64,000 nt of DNA, taken from a virus (Duplodnaviria; Caudoviricetes). This document shows positions 27,751-37,531 of this stretch, piece by piece; the first letter of the stretch is position 1; every line of letters begins with the position of its first letter. Where the stretch lies: IMG/VR virus record IMGVR_UViG_3300006805_000023; one strand, 5' to 3'. The notes under the pieces are model-generated. The model did not search any database. It was given only the letters and a program-made list of their open reading frames with translations, and was not told the origin of the DNA. Position numbers and translations under genes: made by a program.

Positions 27751-29771
27751 GCCCATACTCCTCCCCAACACCAGTTGCGAACGTGTCGGCCTTGGTCGAT
27801 GAGATCGAGATCACGAAGCTCACCGAGGAACTCGAAGCGGCAGCCGCAGCCTACTACAAGGATGGCAGCTCCACGATGACCGACGCAGAGTTCGACCTCA
27901 AAGTCGAAGAGCTGCGCGAGCGCGACCCCGAAAGCGACTTCCTGAAGAAGGTCGGCGCTCCTCCGAGCAGCAACCTCCCTAAGATCGCCCACAAACTCCC
28001 AATGCTGAGCCTCAACAAGGCGACCACGCAGAAGGACTTGAAGGACTGGATCGCCCGCCTCCCAGGCCACTGCCCGGATGAAGATGGCGTCGCGGTTCAG
28101 TTCAAGATGGATGGTGCCTCGGTGGAGCTGTTCTATGACAAAGGCATGCTCGTCCATGGCTCTACCCGTGGCGACGGCGTGACCGGCGAAGATGTCACGG
28201 TTGCGGTTCGCAAGGCTGTTGGCGTCCCCGTCAAAGTCTTGTTCACCGGGCCTCTCTGGGTGCGCGGTGAAGTCACCCTGCCAATCTCCAAATGGGCTGA
28301 GGTCGATCCTGAAATGAAGACCAACCCACGTAACGTCGGGACTGGCATCCTCAGTCGTGAGGATGGGTCGGATGCTGAGAAGCTACGTTTCACAGCATTC
28401 TCTTGCAACGGCAAGGAGATCGACACCCTTAACCACCTTCTTGAAAGCGACGTCCTAGCGTTCCTCAACCTGCAGGGATTCCATATTGCTGAGACCGCGT
28501 TCGTGAAGCTCGATCTGGAAGCCATCGAGCGCGCCATCGAACACATCCGTGAGCGTCGCCCGACCCTTGAATACGCGATCGACGGAGCCGTCATCAAGTT
28601 CAACAGTCTGCAGGCGCAGCACGCCCTCGGAGTGTCGAGCGGACGCCCCAAAGGCCAGATCGCCTTCAAATGGCCATCCGACACCATCGAGACCGTTCTG
28701 ACCGGCGTCACCCTTACAGTAGGCCACACCGGCTACATCGCCCCGACGGCCCAGCTTGCTCCGGTGCAGCTTATGGGCGTGACGGTCCAAAACGCCCTGC
28801 TCAACAACTGGGACGAGATCGCCCGCCTCGGAGTTGCCATCGGTGACACCGTGCTGGTCGAACGCTCTGGCGAAATCATCCCGAAGATCATCGGAGTCAT
28901 CAAGCGCCCTGAGAACCGTCATCCCATCCTGGAGCCTACTAGCTGCCCAGAATGTGGCGGCCCATGCGCACGCTCCACCAGCACTACTGGCGAGTCCGGC
29001 GTCCTGACGGTCTGCCTGAGCAACGACTGCCCATCACGCCTCCGTGGTGTGGTCAAGCGTTGGGTCAAGTCCCTCGATATCTTGGGGATTGGCGACGACG
29101 TTCTTGACTCGATGTTCAAGAGCGGACTGGTGCGAGACCGCATCAGCCTCTACACGGTGCGTCTGGATGATCTGTCAGCCATCCGGGTCGGCAACGGCGT
29201 CCTCGGCCTCAAACGTGCTGATTCAATCATGCATGAGATCAAAAAGACTCATGGTGCGCTGAGCATCAGCCAGTTCATCGGCTCGCTCGGCGCTCCTTAT
29301 CTCGGCGTCCGTAAGGCAGCTATCATGCAGGGACTCGCTAAGGGTGAGCTCAACAAGCTCTCTGACTGGGTCGGTGGCAAGCTGCTCGAAATCGGGTCAC
29401 GGGTCCAGGCCGGTGGCACCGCACCAGTGATGCACGCCTTCTTCCAACGCAATCTGGAAGAGATCAACCGCCTCGCCGTGGTCTGCCTGAAGGCTGAGAG
29501 CGACTTCGTGGAACCTGCTCCTGAGCTTGCCTCGCTGCCGGAGGGTAAGAAGCGCCACACGTTCCTGCTCACCGGTAAGTTCGACCAGAAGAAGTCCCAC
29601 TACCACGACCTCATCACCGCTGCCGGTCACCTCTTCGAAGAGGACTTCAAAGCCGGAGTCACCCACCTCGTGCAGGCTGATCCGGAGTCCGCCAGCGCAA
29701 AAACCAAGAAGGCTCAAAAGGCTGGCATCCCAGTGATCGGGATTGACAATCTGATGTCCTTGATTTCGTAA
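27747..29771 (+). CDS. ligA: NAD-dependent DNA ligase
   Basis: AYY..G...MTDAEFD, KMDG adenylation motif, STRGDG..GEDVT, NPRN, DGAVIK, C4 zinc finger, C-terminal BRCT. Confidence 0.95.
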   Translation: MSPYSSPTPVANVSALVDEIEITKLTEELEAAAAAYYKDGSSTMTDAEFDLKVEELRERDPESDFLKKVGAPPSSNLPKIAHKLPMLSLNKATTQKDLKDWIARLPGHCPDEDGVAVQFKMDGASVELFYDKGMLVHGSTRGDGVTGEDVTVAVRKAVGVPVKVLFTGPLWVRGEVTLPISKWAEVDPEMKTNPRNVGTGILSREDGSDAEKLRFTAFSCNGKEIDTLNHLLESDVLAFLNLQGFHIAETAFVKLDLEAIERAIEHIRERRPTLEYAIDGAVIKFNSLQAQHALGVSSGRPKGQIAFKWPSDTIETVLTGVTLTVGHTGYIAPTAQLAPVQLMGVTVQNALLNNWDEIARLGVAIGDTVLVERSGEIIPKIIGVIKRPENRHPILEPTSCPECGGPCARSTSTTGESGVLTVCLSNDCPSRLRGVVKRWVKSLDILGIGDDVLDSMFKSGLVRDRISLYTVRLDDLSAIRVGNGVLGLKRADSIMHEIKKTHGALSISQFIGSLGAPYLGVRKAAIMQGLAKGELNKLSDWVGGKLLEIGSRVQAGGTAPVMHAFFQRNLEEINRLAVVCLKAESDFVEPAPELASLPEGKKRHTFLLTGKFDQKKSHYHDLITAAGHLFEEDFKAGVTHLVQADPESASAKTKKAQKAGIPVIGIDNLMSLIS

Positions 29772-29778
29772 AACCACT

Positions 29779-30690
29779 ATGTCGATCCTAAAAAGCCTCT
29801 TCGGAGGCTCATCCAAGCCGAAGCCAGTAGCCATCAAGCCAGAAGACCGTCTCAAGCGTGAGCTTGAGCGTGTCAACGCCGCACCCCCAGAAGGTGACGC
29901 CGAAATGAACGATCAGGAGCGCGCTCTGATGTGCTTCTCCGCCCAAGAGAAGCGTGAGATGTTCGAGGCCCGTTGCATCCTGCAGCTCCTCCCATCTATG
30001 AGCGTCACCGCGATCACTGAGGTGGTTCAGGTCATGGAGAGGGCTGGCAAGAAGGTCACCAAGCAATACGTCCATCAGGTCATCTACCCGAAAGACCCTG
30101 AGCGTCTGTTCGCTTCCCATAGCCCTGGGTACAAGAAGGTCTGGTGCACCTTCCGTGATGCCATCCACGACAAAATCCGGATGCCGAACGAACAGGAGCT
30201 GGCAGCGATCAGCGCCCTCAAGGAAGCACCAGTCACTCGTCGTGAGATCCTCAAGGAGATCAAGCTCTCGGAGCCTGCTGCCAAGAAGATCAGCGAGGCC
30301 TGCGCGATGCGTGACGCTTACCGGGCGACCGTAACAGCCATTGCTCAGCTGCGCGATGGTCGCGAGGTCCTGCTGCTCGGTGTCAACGCTTCCAGGCTGA
30401 AGTGGATCAAGGTCAAGCTGCGCAAGCTCGGCATCAAGTACTCACTCCGGAAGGATGACTCGGTTTATCCGAACCGCTGCTTGATCACGCCATCGACCAT
30501 CCCGGTCAAGGACGAGGTGTTCTCGGTTGAGAAGTGGCTGGCGGAGAGCATCGGCGTTGGTATCCGGTCAGTCGGTGCCGATCCGCTGATGCGCCCCAAC
30601 CTTGTAGGTCCGAAGGCCGAGGAGACCCTGTTCGGGAAGACCTTCAAGGTCTATCACGTGCTCGGCAACGCGAAGTGCGCGCAGGTATAG
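29779..30690 (+). CDS. hypothetical protein
   Basis: 303-aa ORF following the ligase. Confidence 0.7.
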   Translation: MSILKSLFGGSSKPKPVAIKPEDRLKRELERVNAAPPEGDAEMNDQERALMCFSAQEKREMFEARCILQLLPSMSVTAITEVVQVMERAGKKVTKQYVHQVIYPKDPERLFASHSPGYKKVWCTFRDAIHDKIRMPNEQELAAISALKEAPVTRREILKEIKLSEPAAKKISEACAMRDAYRATVTAIAQLRDGREVLLLGVNASRLKWIKVKLRKLGIKYSLRKDDSVYPNRCLITPSTIPVKDEVFSVEKWLAESIGVGIRSVGADPLMRPNLVGPKAEETLFGKTFKVYHVLGNAKCAQV

Positions 30691-31706
30691 CACCCCTTTT
30701 TGACCTCGTGTACCCTGACGACCGCGATGACATTCGCGGCCTCAGGGTAAAACTTTTGGTCCATGGTGATTCTGACAGGCATCTTCACACCACAGTTGGC
30801 ATCACCGAACAAGTTCACGACCACGTAACTGCGACGCCATGAAGCAAATGAGTTGCTAGTAGAGGCAAAGACCTTCAGAGCCTCTTGCTTTAGGCAAGCA
30901 CGAACCTCACGTGATTTCGACTCTGATAGTGGGGTACGACCGCGCTCTTCCCCTGCAGCGAGGCCACCGGGGGAGGTCAGGAGTTCGAGCTTTTCGGGGT
31001 CAAATCCGAGGGACGTCTCTTCACCGCCTCCCTCCGCAAATGACAGCGTGGCCGACCCTTCTACCGAGTCAACTACCTGATCATAGTCTGGTCGTATGCT
31101 GTCACGCACGGTTCGCGGCGTGCAAAATGACACCTCGTCCCCATTGGACGAGAACAGGCAATAGCCGCCCTCACCGCGTGAATTCACAGCCCTCTTCGTC
31201 AGGTGCCTTCTGATGAACTCGTGAGCAGACCAGCCTGGACAATGCAAGATCCTGAACTCGTCCGGGGTTTGAGTAGTCTCGATGGTACCAGGCGTCATCC
31301 CTGACTCCTGAATGACGCGGGAAGCTGTCTCCGATACCTCGCCTTCGTAGTGTTTCATCAAGGACGACGCCAGCATGACGGCTCGCTTTTCGATCGTCAC
31401 GAACTCAAACCGCATCGTGGTCTTGCGCCTTCTGATCCGCGATCCGATCACGATGTGACGTTGTGTAGGCAGGGTGACGGATAGCGCCGTGTCCTTGATC
31501 GAAAACTCGATCTCCCCACCGGCTTTGATCAGCTGCGAGTAGTTGGCGAGCCAGGCTTCCGACTGCTGCCCCATCGGTTTGCTCACGTGCCACGCCATCG
31601 ACCAGTCCCCATCAGCCCGGTCCACGAACCTGAGAGACTCAAACGAGTCGCTGAGTGCGTCATCCTTGTAACGCACACACCAGGAGGTCTTTTGTTGGAA
31701 TGCCAT
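30654..31706 (-). CDS. putative baseplate hub / tail protein
   Basis: Layout resembles hub proteins (..S.TA..V....G....IE.T..., W.A.EFI..HL.KRA, Y.LF); TAATG-coupled in a structural operon. Confidence 0.45.
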   Translation of the reverse strand: MAFQQKTSWCVRYKDDALSDSFESLRFVDRADGDWSMAWHVSKPMGQQSEAWLANYSQLIKAGGEIEFSIKDTALSVTLPTQRHIVIGSRIRRRKTTMRFEFVTIEKRAVMLASSLMKHYEGEVSETASRVIQESGMTPGTIETTQTPDEFRILHCPGWSAHEFIRRHLTKRAVNSRGEGGYCLFSSNGDEVSFCTPRTVRDSIRPDYDQVVDSVEGSATLSFAEGGGEETSLGFDPEKLELLTSPGGLAAGEERGRTPLSESKSREVRACLKQEALKVFASTSNSFASWRRSYVVVNLFGDANCGVKMPVRITMDQKFYPEAANVIAVVRVHEVKKGCYTCAHFALPST

Positions 31707-32593
31707 TAGGACGAGCTAGACGACGAAGAAGAGCTGTTGACCGACGAAGAGGACGAAGAGGACGAGGAGGAACTGTTGACCGAGCTGCTGGAGCTGGACG
31801 AACTGTTGCGCGACGAGGATGATGAAGAGGAACTGTTGACCGAGCTGCTGGAGCTGGACGAGCTGTTGACCGACGAGGATGAGGACGAGCTGGAGTTGGA
31901 AGAGTTGGACGAACGAGAGGACGCGGAGCTGGCTGAGGACTCCGAGGAATAAAGCTCTGCGATGCTATCGAGGTGTGGCACCGCGATGGCCCAGGCCGAC
32001 ACGATGATCGAATTCGAGTTTGGGTTGATCAACCGGATGTCGTACTCATCCTCAGCGTCCAGAGTGAACGGAGGAAGCGACATGTCCTGGTTCATGAACT
32101 TAGGAGCCTCGGTGAGGTCAACGATGGCGTTGGTGCCGAGGTTGTACAGGACTACCCTGGCTGTGGACACCGTGGCGTCACTCGATGAGGAGGACGAGGA
32201 TGACCCCTCGGGGTCAATGAGGTGCAGGCTTAGGCCGACGCCGACGTAGCCCCAGCGCGAGATCCCAGCAACCGGGTTGATCCGGCCAAGGGAGATCCAG
32301 TCGCCGCCCGGAAGGCGCAACGACGGCATGTTGTAGGTGACTCCCCCACGGTTCCCCAAAAAGGAGATCACGGAGCGCAGGCCGATCTCAAGGACCAAGT
32401 CCCGCCTGAACAGATCTCCTTCAACCCTTTGGCGCGTGTAGGCATTGACCGGGTCTTCACCGGCGGTGACCTGCAGGGCAGCGTTCGGGTTGTTGTAGGG
32501 GTCGCCAACCAAGGGGTTGACGCGTGACCAATAGCTGAGCCACAGGGCTGGTGCGTTGGTGTCGAGACGGTCGATGGGTACGGGAGAGGGCAT
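31706..32593 (-). CDS. putative virion protein with C-terminal poly-serine tail
   Basis: TACTTAT 5 nt upstream; last roughly 78 residues are almost all Ser. Confidence 0.7.
   Translation of the reverse strand: MPSPVPIDRLDTNAPALWLSYWSRVNPLVGDPYNNPNAALQVTAGEDPVNAYTRQRVEGDLFRRDLVLEIGLRSVISFLGNRGGVTYNMPSLRLPGGDWISLGRINPVAGISRWGYVGVGLSLHLIDPEGSSSSSSSSDATVSTARVVLYNLGTNAIVDLTEAPKFMNQDMSLPPFTLDAEDEYDIRLINPNSNSIIVSAWAIAVPHLDSIAELYSSESSASSASSRSSNSSNSSSSSSSSVNSSSSSSSSVNSSSSSSSSRNSSSSSSSSVNSSSSSSSSSSSVNSSSSSSSSS
31709..31950 (-). repeat. imperfect tandem repeat encoding Ser(7-10)-Val/Arg-Asn units
   Basis: 35-nt exact duplicate at 31767-31801 and 31827-31861 (60-nt period). Confidence 0.85.
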
Positions 32594-32636
32594 GCTTTAT
32601 AAGTAGTTATCGGTTCTCTCTAGGAGAACACACCCA

Positions 32637-33038
32637 ATGAAACTGCTATCCCTACTCGCCCTCGCTGTCATGTGCCTGACGTTCAACACGTCTTGCGCTA
32701 CCAAACCCGACTCCGCCAGCCTGATCAGCGCGCTCACCCCCGCTACCATCGTCGTTGTCGCCAAGAAGCCGTCCTTGGTCGCCCCTCTCAAAGAGGTGGT
32801 CGCCACGGTTCAAAAGGTGACTGCCTCCGGTACCGTCACCCCTGCAGACCTCATCGCCAACTTCACCGGAGTTCAGCGCAAGTATCCTGAGCTTCTCGTG
32901 GTGATCGAGCTGGTCGGAGCCGCCTACCAGGTTGCTTACACGCCCGATGCCAACAACCTTGCCACGCTTGCCGCGATTGCCTCAGCCATCCAGAAGGGCC
33001 TGCCGCCTGACCCGGAGCCAGTCATACCGGCTCAGTAA
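32637..33038 (+). CDS. predicted lipoprotein
   Basis: MKLLSLLALAVMCLTFNTS-C signal peptide with lipobox-like Cys; AGGAG upstream. Confidence 0.65.
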   Translation: MKLLSLLALAVMCLTFNTSCATKPDSASLISALTPATIVVVAKKPSLVAPLKEVVATVQKVTASGTVTPADLIANFTGVQRKYPELLVVIELVGAAYQVAYTPDANNLATLAAIASAIQKGLPPDPEPVIPAQ

Positions 33039-33064
33039 GCGATCGTTCCAGTTTGAAGTCTGTC

Positions 33065-33093
33065 AAGGGGGAGTTTCACGACTCCCCCTTTTT
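33065..33093 (+). terminator. intrinsic terminator
   Basis: AAGGGGGAGT-ttcacg-ACTCCCCCTT followed by a T-run. Confidence 0.85.
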
Positions 33094-33129
33094 GTGTCTA
33101 TGTGATTTCTGAGTGGTTGCCACACCTCC

Positions 33130-36100
33130 ATGGTTCAACCCCCAGACAAGCATCACGACCTCCGCACTTACCTCCTAGACCAGGGTATCGAGGAAGCCAA
33201 GTACTGCTCTCCTGAAGAGCTGGAGCTGCTCGACACGATGCTCCACGAGATGGCTGAGGACGGCAACAGTTCCACCTACGACAGAATGATCGAGGAGGAC
33301 TATTCGCGACCTCCTCCAGACATCCAGGAGTTTGTGGAGAGCAACCAGTACCTTGGTGAGGTGTGCCGAGGCACCGACGAGGCTCCCGGCTTGTTTCCGA
33401 AGTGGCGCGAGGTGCTCTACGAGATGTTCGACGGCTCGTCCAAGTATAAGCAGCTGATTCTGGCTGGTGGGATCGGTCTGGGCAAGTCGGAAATAGCTGG
33501 AACTCCTATTCCCGTTGACGGTAAGGGCACGGTCCCGATCGAAAAAGTGCAGGTCGGTGATGTGGTACGTGGCTTGTCTGGGCTGCGCAAGGTCACAGCC
33601 ACCCACGATGAGGGTGAGCTAGAGACCCTCAGGATTAGGACCAGGCTCAACCACCAGATTGAGTGCGGCTACGAGCGCCACAGGCTCCTAGTAATGGATT
33701 GCGCCGCTCTTACCGAAAAGTGGCAGTTTGTAAACTCGTTTGCTGGGGGCGAGGTAGTCTTGCTTTATCCAGGCAACACCTTCGGCCCTAACGAATTATC
33801 TGATCTTGACGCTTTCCTCCTCGGTCTTCAAATAGCTGAAGGTGTGCGCCAGAAGAAGGTCCGTAGGTGCTTTTATTTGTCGGTGCACCGGGATGAAGCT
33901 ATCTTCTTAACCGAGACCTTCCATTTCATACACAAAGTGCCGTCTCATGCGAGACCGAACAGCAATCTGCTAAGGGTTGACAGGTACTCAGACCTACACC
34001 GTGAGGTATCACACCAACTCTGCATCGACAAAGTAGTGCCTGACTTCATCAAAGGAGCCACTCGGCGCACTATCTGCCAGTTCCTGCGTGGTTGTTTCAG
34101 CGGAGACGGGACGGCCTTTGCGCAGAGTGTCGGATACTCGACCGCGAGCAGGCAGCTTGCGGTCGATATTCAGGAGCTACTTCTGCGTCTCGGCATGCTG
34201 ACCCGATTTGAGGAGCGTGACAGCTACAACGCTGCCAGCGGCAGGCAGGGTGCTGGCTCCAATCAGCTCTGGTTACACGGCGAAGTTTCCAAGGCGCGCT
34301 TTGTCGCAGAAATCGGCTTCTTTTACCCAGAGAAGCAAGCTGCGGCTATCCTCGCGCTTAACGGGGACAGCCGCCACAACGAGCACAAGTACGGCTTCAA
34401 GATCCCACGTGCCACCGTCGATGTCCTGATCTCGCAGCAGCCTCCCGGAACAACCGGGAAGAAACACCCTGACTACGAAAAATCGCCGAGGCGTCTGCTC
34501 AAGCGGTTGCGTTCCCAGAAGTGTACTACCAGGCTCCTACGGGAGGTCCTGGCAGCTGGTGGTGTGCTCCCGAAGCTGCTCCAGCAAGTTGCCATGGGCG
34601 AGGTCTTTTTCGACCAAATCGAGTCAGTGGAACGAAACCGGGCTCACTGTTACGACTTATCTGTCGAAACGGTCGAAGACCCGTCGTTCATCTCGGCTGG
34701 CTTTATGAGCCACAACAGCTTCATTGGCTCCATCGTGGTCCTCTACAAGCTGTGCTGTGCCTTGTGCCTGCGTCACCCGCTGTCCTACTACGGGATGTCC
34801 AAGGTGACGTCCATCAACTTCAGCTACTTCTCGATCACGCAGGCCCAGGTCAAGGGTGGTACCTTCGCGGACACCATCAACATGCTAACGGAGTCCCCGT
34901 TCTTCACGGAGAACATCAAGAATCCGAGCAGCTCCCGCAAGTACTCCAGCCGCAGCATCGGGTTTAGCCGAAACCTGCGCATTGAAGCTGGTTCCCGAAT
35001 CTACGAAGCCCTCGGTCGTAACACTCTAGTGGCTCTGGTCGATGAAATCAACTTTCGACTGGAGCGCGACGCAGCCGTGGCGGCAGCCGATTTGTTCAAC
35101 GCCATTGAAAAGCGCTATAAGTCCCGTTTCCGTCACACCAAGGATGGCATGATCATCCTGATCTCATCCGCGAAGGCCGAGAACGACTTCTTGTCCTCCC
35201 ACATCCGCAAGTCCCGCCACGACCCCACGGTCAAGATCTGCGAGTTTCCATGGTGGGAGGTGGTCGGACCGTGCCGCATGAAGTACTCAGGCCAAAAATT
35301 CTGGGTGGACATCGGGGACAACATCAGCCCAGCCGCGATCCTGCAGCCAGGCCAGGAGAAGAACCTCGCAGCCAGCCGCCTCATCCACGTGCCAGAAGAG
35401 CACCGGGAAGACTTCGAGGGAGCTGGCGGGATCGACCGTGCCATCCGCGACGTCGCCGGTGTAGCTACGGGACGTGTTGCCAAGCTGTTCCCGAACATGA
35501 TGCCGCTCATCAACTGCATCCGGGACGGCCTGCACAACCCGTTCAAGGCCGACGTTCTACCATTGTCTCTGACCTCCCTGCACCAGTTGGCCGACTGCCT
35601 CAAAACCGGCGGTCACGGCAACCAGGCAGGGGAGCAGCTGGTGCAGTTCAGGCATGGCAAGCTGCAGCCTCTACGTCACCCGACGATGCCACGCTTCCTG
35701 CACATCGACATCAGCTCGGGCGCTCAGGACAACTGCGGGATTGCAATGGTCCACCCGTTTGCCACTTCTAAGGTCGAGCGCACCTCGATGCACAACCAGA
35801 TGCGCGAAATGCTGGTGCAGCCTCTGATTGAGATCGACTTCGCGATCGGGCTCAAGCGTGAGACTCCGTCGGACCCGCTCGACTTCGGCAAGATCCGAGC
35901 TTTCATCCTGTGGCTGCGCGCCTGCGGCTTCGACATTCGAAGGATCACCTGCGACTTGCGCTCCATGTCTCAGGAAATGCGCAACATCCTCACCAAGATG
36001 GGGTTCAGGGCCGAGTACCTGTCGTGCGACAAGACCAAGGCACCCTATGAGTCGCTCCGGATCGCGGTCTTGGAAGGACGCCTCCACACCGGAGATCTGC

Positions 36101-36411
36101 CCTGCTTCTTGATGGAGATGTCCAATCTGGAGGACACTGAGGACAAGGTTGACCATCCCGCCAACTTCACGGTTGAATGGAAGCCAGCGATACCGTTCGG
36201 GATGGTCCTAGGTGGTCCGGCATCTAAGGACATCGCGGACGCCGTGGCAGGTGCCTGTTACAACTGCGTGACCGACGTCGAGGGCATGGTCGGTCTCAGC
36301 CTCCCGGATTCTCACACCGAGTACATGGAGAAGCTGCTCACAGCCTTCCCCAACCCGCTCAAAGACACCTTCGAGCTTCCGCATGAGTCAGACATCCAGG
36401 TGTTTGACTAG
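33130..36411 (+). CDS. terL: terminase large subunit with intein
   Basis: Walker A GGIGLGK|S, Walker B ALVDE, nuclease HIDIS....D, KDIADAVAG. Confidence 0.9.
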   Translation: MVQPPDKHHDLRTYLLDQGIEEAKYCSPEELELLDTMLHEMAEDGNSSTYDRMIEEDYSRPPPDIQEFVESNQYLGEVCRGTDEAPGLFPKWREVLYEMFDGSSKYKQLILAGGIGLGKSEIAGTPIPVDGKGTVPIEKVQVGDVVRGLSGLRKVTATHDEGELETLRIRTRLNHQIECGYERHRLLVMDCAALTEKWQFVNSFAGGEVVLLYPGNTFGPNELSDLDAFLLGLQIAEGVRQKKVRRCFYLSVHRDEAIFLTETFHFIHKVPSHARPNSNLLRVDRYSDLHREVSHQLCIDKVVPDFIKGATRRTICQFLRGCFSGDGTAFAQSVGYSTASRQLAVDIQELLLRLGMLTRFEERDSYNAASGRQGAGSNQLWLHGEVSKARFVAEIGFFYPEKQAAAILALNGDSRHNEHKYGFKIPRATVDVLISQQPPGTTGKKHPDYEKSPRRLLKRLRSQKCTTRLLREVLAAGGVLPKLLQQVAMGEVFFDQIESVERNRAHCYDLSVETVEDPSFISAGFMSHNSFIGSIVVLYKLCCALCLRHPLSYYGMSKVTSINFSYFSITQAQVKGGTFADTINMLTESPFFTENIKNPSSSRKYSSRSIGFSRNLRIEAGSRIYEALGRNTLVALVDEINFRLERDAAVAAADLFNAIEKRYKSRFRHTKDGMIILISSAKAENDFLSSHIRKSRHDPTVKICEFPWWEVVGPCRMKYSGQKFWVDIGDNISPAAILQPGQEKNLAASRLIHVPEEHREDFEGAGGIDRAIRDVAGVATGRVAKLFPNMMPLINCIRDGLHNPFKADVLPLSLTSLHQLADCLKTGGHGNQAGEQLVQFRHGKLQPLRHPTMPRFLHIDISSGAQDNCGIAMVHPFATSKVERTSMHNQMREMLVQPLIEIDFAIGLKRETPSDPLDFGKIRAFILWLRACGFDIRRITCDLRSMSQEMRNILTKMGFRAEYLSCDKTKAPYESLRIAVLEGRLHTGDLPCFLMEMSNLEDTEDKVDHPANFTVEWKPAIPFGMVLGGPASKDIADAVAGACYNCVTDVEGMVGLSLPDSHTEYMEKLLTAFPNPLKDTFELPHESDIQVFD
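33487..34716 (+). mobile_element. LAGLIDADG intein (410 aa) in the TerL Walker A motif, Ser1
   Basis: GK|SEIAGTPI...FLLGLQIAEG...FLRGCFSGDG...CYDLSV...FMSHN|SF. Confidence 0.88.
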
Positions 36412-36415
36412 GAAG

Positions 36416-36444
36416 TTGACCATCAGCCCGTCCACCAGTAAAGT
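36416..36444 (+). promoter_or_regulatory. sigma70-like promoter TTGACC-N17-TAAAGT
   Basis: 7 nt upstream of ATG 36452 (leaderless geometry). Confidence 0.65.
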
Positions 36445-36451
36445 TCCTGAC

Positions 36452-36745
36452 ATGGAGCCAGACCTAGACCACATCGCTGCGATCACGGAGCCAATCCTAG
36501 TAAAGGTCGTGTCGGTCGTAGCCGAGCAGTACCGCCTTGTCCTAAACGACATCCCGAAGCCACGCGTCAGGGAACTACAGCGCATGATCAGTCGCGCCGT
36601 GGCTGATAAGGACCTACTAGGGGCGGTGAACAACTCCACAACTGCTGCCATGGGCCTGGACGAGAACCTGATCGAGATGAAGCTCTACGGCATTGTGACG
36701 ACCACAATGCGCCGGTTTGTGATGAGGTTCTACATCAGCCAGTGA
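36452..36745 (+). CDS. hypothetical protein
   Basis: ATG directly behind the promoter. Confidence 0.6.
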   Translation: MEPDLDHIAAITEPILVKVVSVVAEQYRLVLNDIPKPRVRELQRMISRAVADKDLLGAVNNSTTAAMGLDENLIEMKLYGIVTTTMRRFVMRFYISQ

Positions 36746-36760
36746 TTTCTTGGCTCGACT

Positions 36761-37531
36761 ATGGATATTCTGCTGCTCGACGGGGACAACGTCTTCAGGC
36801 GTTTTTGGCACGCCAACCCACACACTGCGACAAGTAGCTGGCGCGGCCTGCTCGAAGGCTACCAGCGGCGTCTGTCGGTGCCGAAGTGCCATGTTGTCGT
36901 GGTGTTCGACGGAGAGGATACCAGAGACCACGGCGTTGAGGGCTACAAGGCTCAGCGTAAGGAGCCAGACCCGCAGATGGTGCAGGACATGCTCGAAGCC
37001 GAGCAGATTGCCAGGCCGTTTGCGCGAGTGATCAAGCAGGACGGCACTGAGGGAGACCAGGTTATGGCTGGTGTTGTCAGCTGGGCTCGCAAGAATGGTC
37101 ACAAGGTCTGGCTGGTGTCGTCCGACAAGGACATGTTGCAGCTCGTCACCGATAAGGACCCACCTGTGGTGGTGATCAGGCCGTCGATCGGTGGCTATCA
37201 GCACTATGCGGAAGCCACTGTGAACCGCTTCTTTGGGGTTAGGCCGGACCAAATCGCCTCATTCCTCACTTTGGTTGGCGACTCATCAGACAACCTCAAG
37301 GGAGTCAAGGGGATTGGCAGCAAAGGGGCTGAGTACCTGTTGTCCAAGTTCCGCAATCTGGCAGACATCTACTCCAGGCTTGATCAGGTCGATATCAAGT
37401 ACCGGCTCCTTCTGGAGGCTGCTCAAGATCTAGTGATCCCCACCTACAGGCTGGTGAAGCTGTCCCACCCCGACATCCCAATCGACACCCGGATACCGGT
37501 CGCTAAGAACCGGCTGTTTCGTCACGGTTGA
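36761..37531 (+). CDS. 5'-3' exonuclease / flap endonuclease (T4 RNase H, T5 D15-like)
   Basis: LLLDG, VVFDG, YKAQR, EGDQ, SSDKD..QL, LVGDSSDNLKGVKGIG.K.A. Confidence 0.9.
   Translation: MDILLLDGDNVFRRFWHANPHTATSSWRGLLEGYQRRLSVPKCHVVVVFDGEDTRDHGVEGYKAQRKEPDPQMVQDMLEAEQIARPFARVIKQDGTEGDQVMAGVVSWARKNGHKVWLVSSDKDMLQLVTDKDPPVVVIRPSIGGYQHYAEATVNRFFGVRPDQIASFLTLVGDSSDNLKGVKGIGSKGAEYLLSKFRNLADIYSRLDQVDIKYRLLLEAAQDLVIPTYRLVKLSHPDIPIDTRIPVAKNRLFRHG

Noticed and set aside
31709-31950. Possible CRISPR-like array
   Set aside because: The repeats are degenerate, codon-phased and encode poly-Ser; there are no constant repeats with unique spacers
816-36411. Genome-wide TAG reassignment (code 15) as the explanation for the polA stop
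   Set aside because: TAG cleanly ends several well-defined genes (MazG-like 816, sheath 1935 followed by a hairpin, 4351, 16592, terL 36411), and no other gene shows internal TAG breaks
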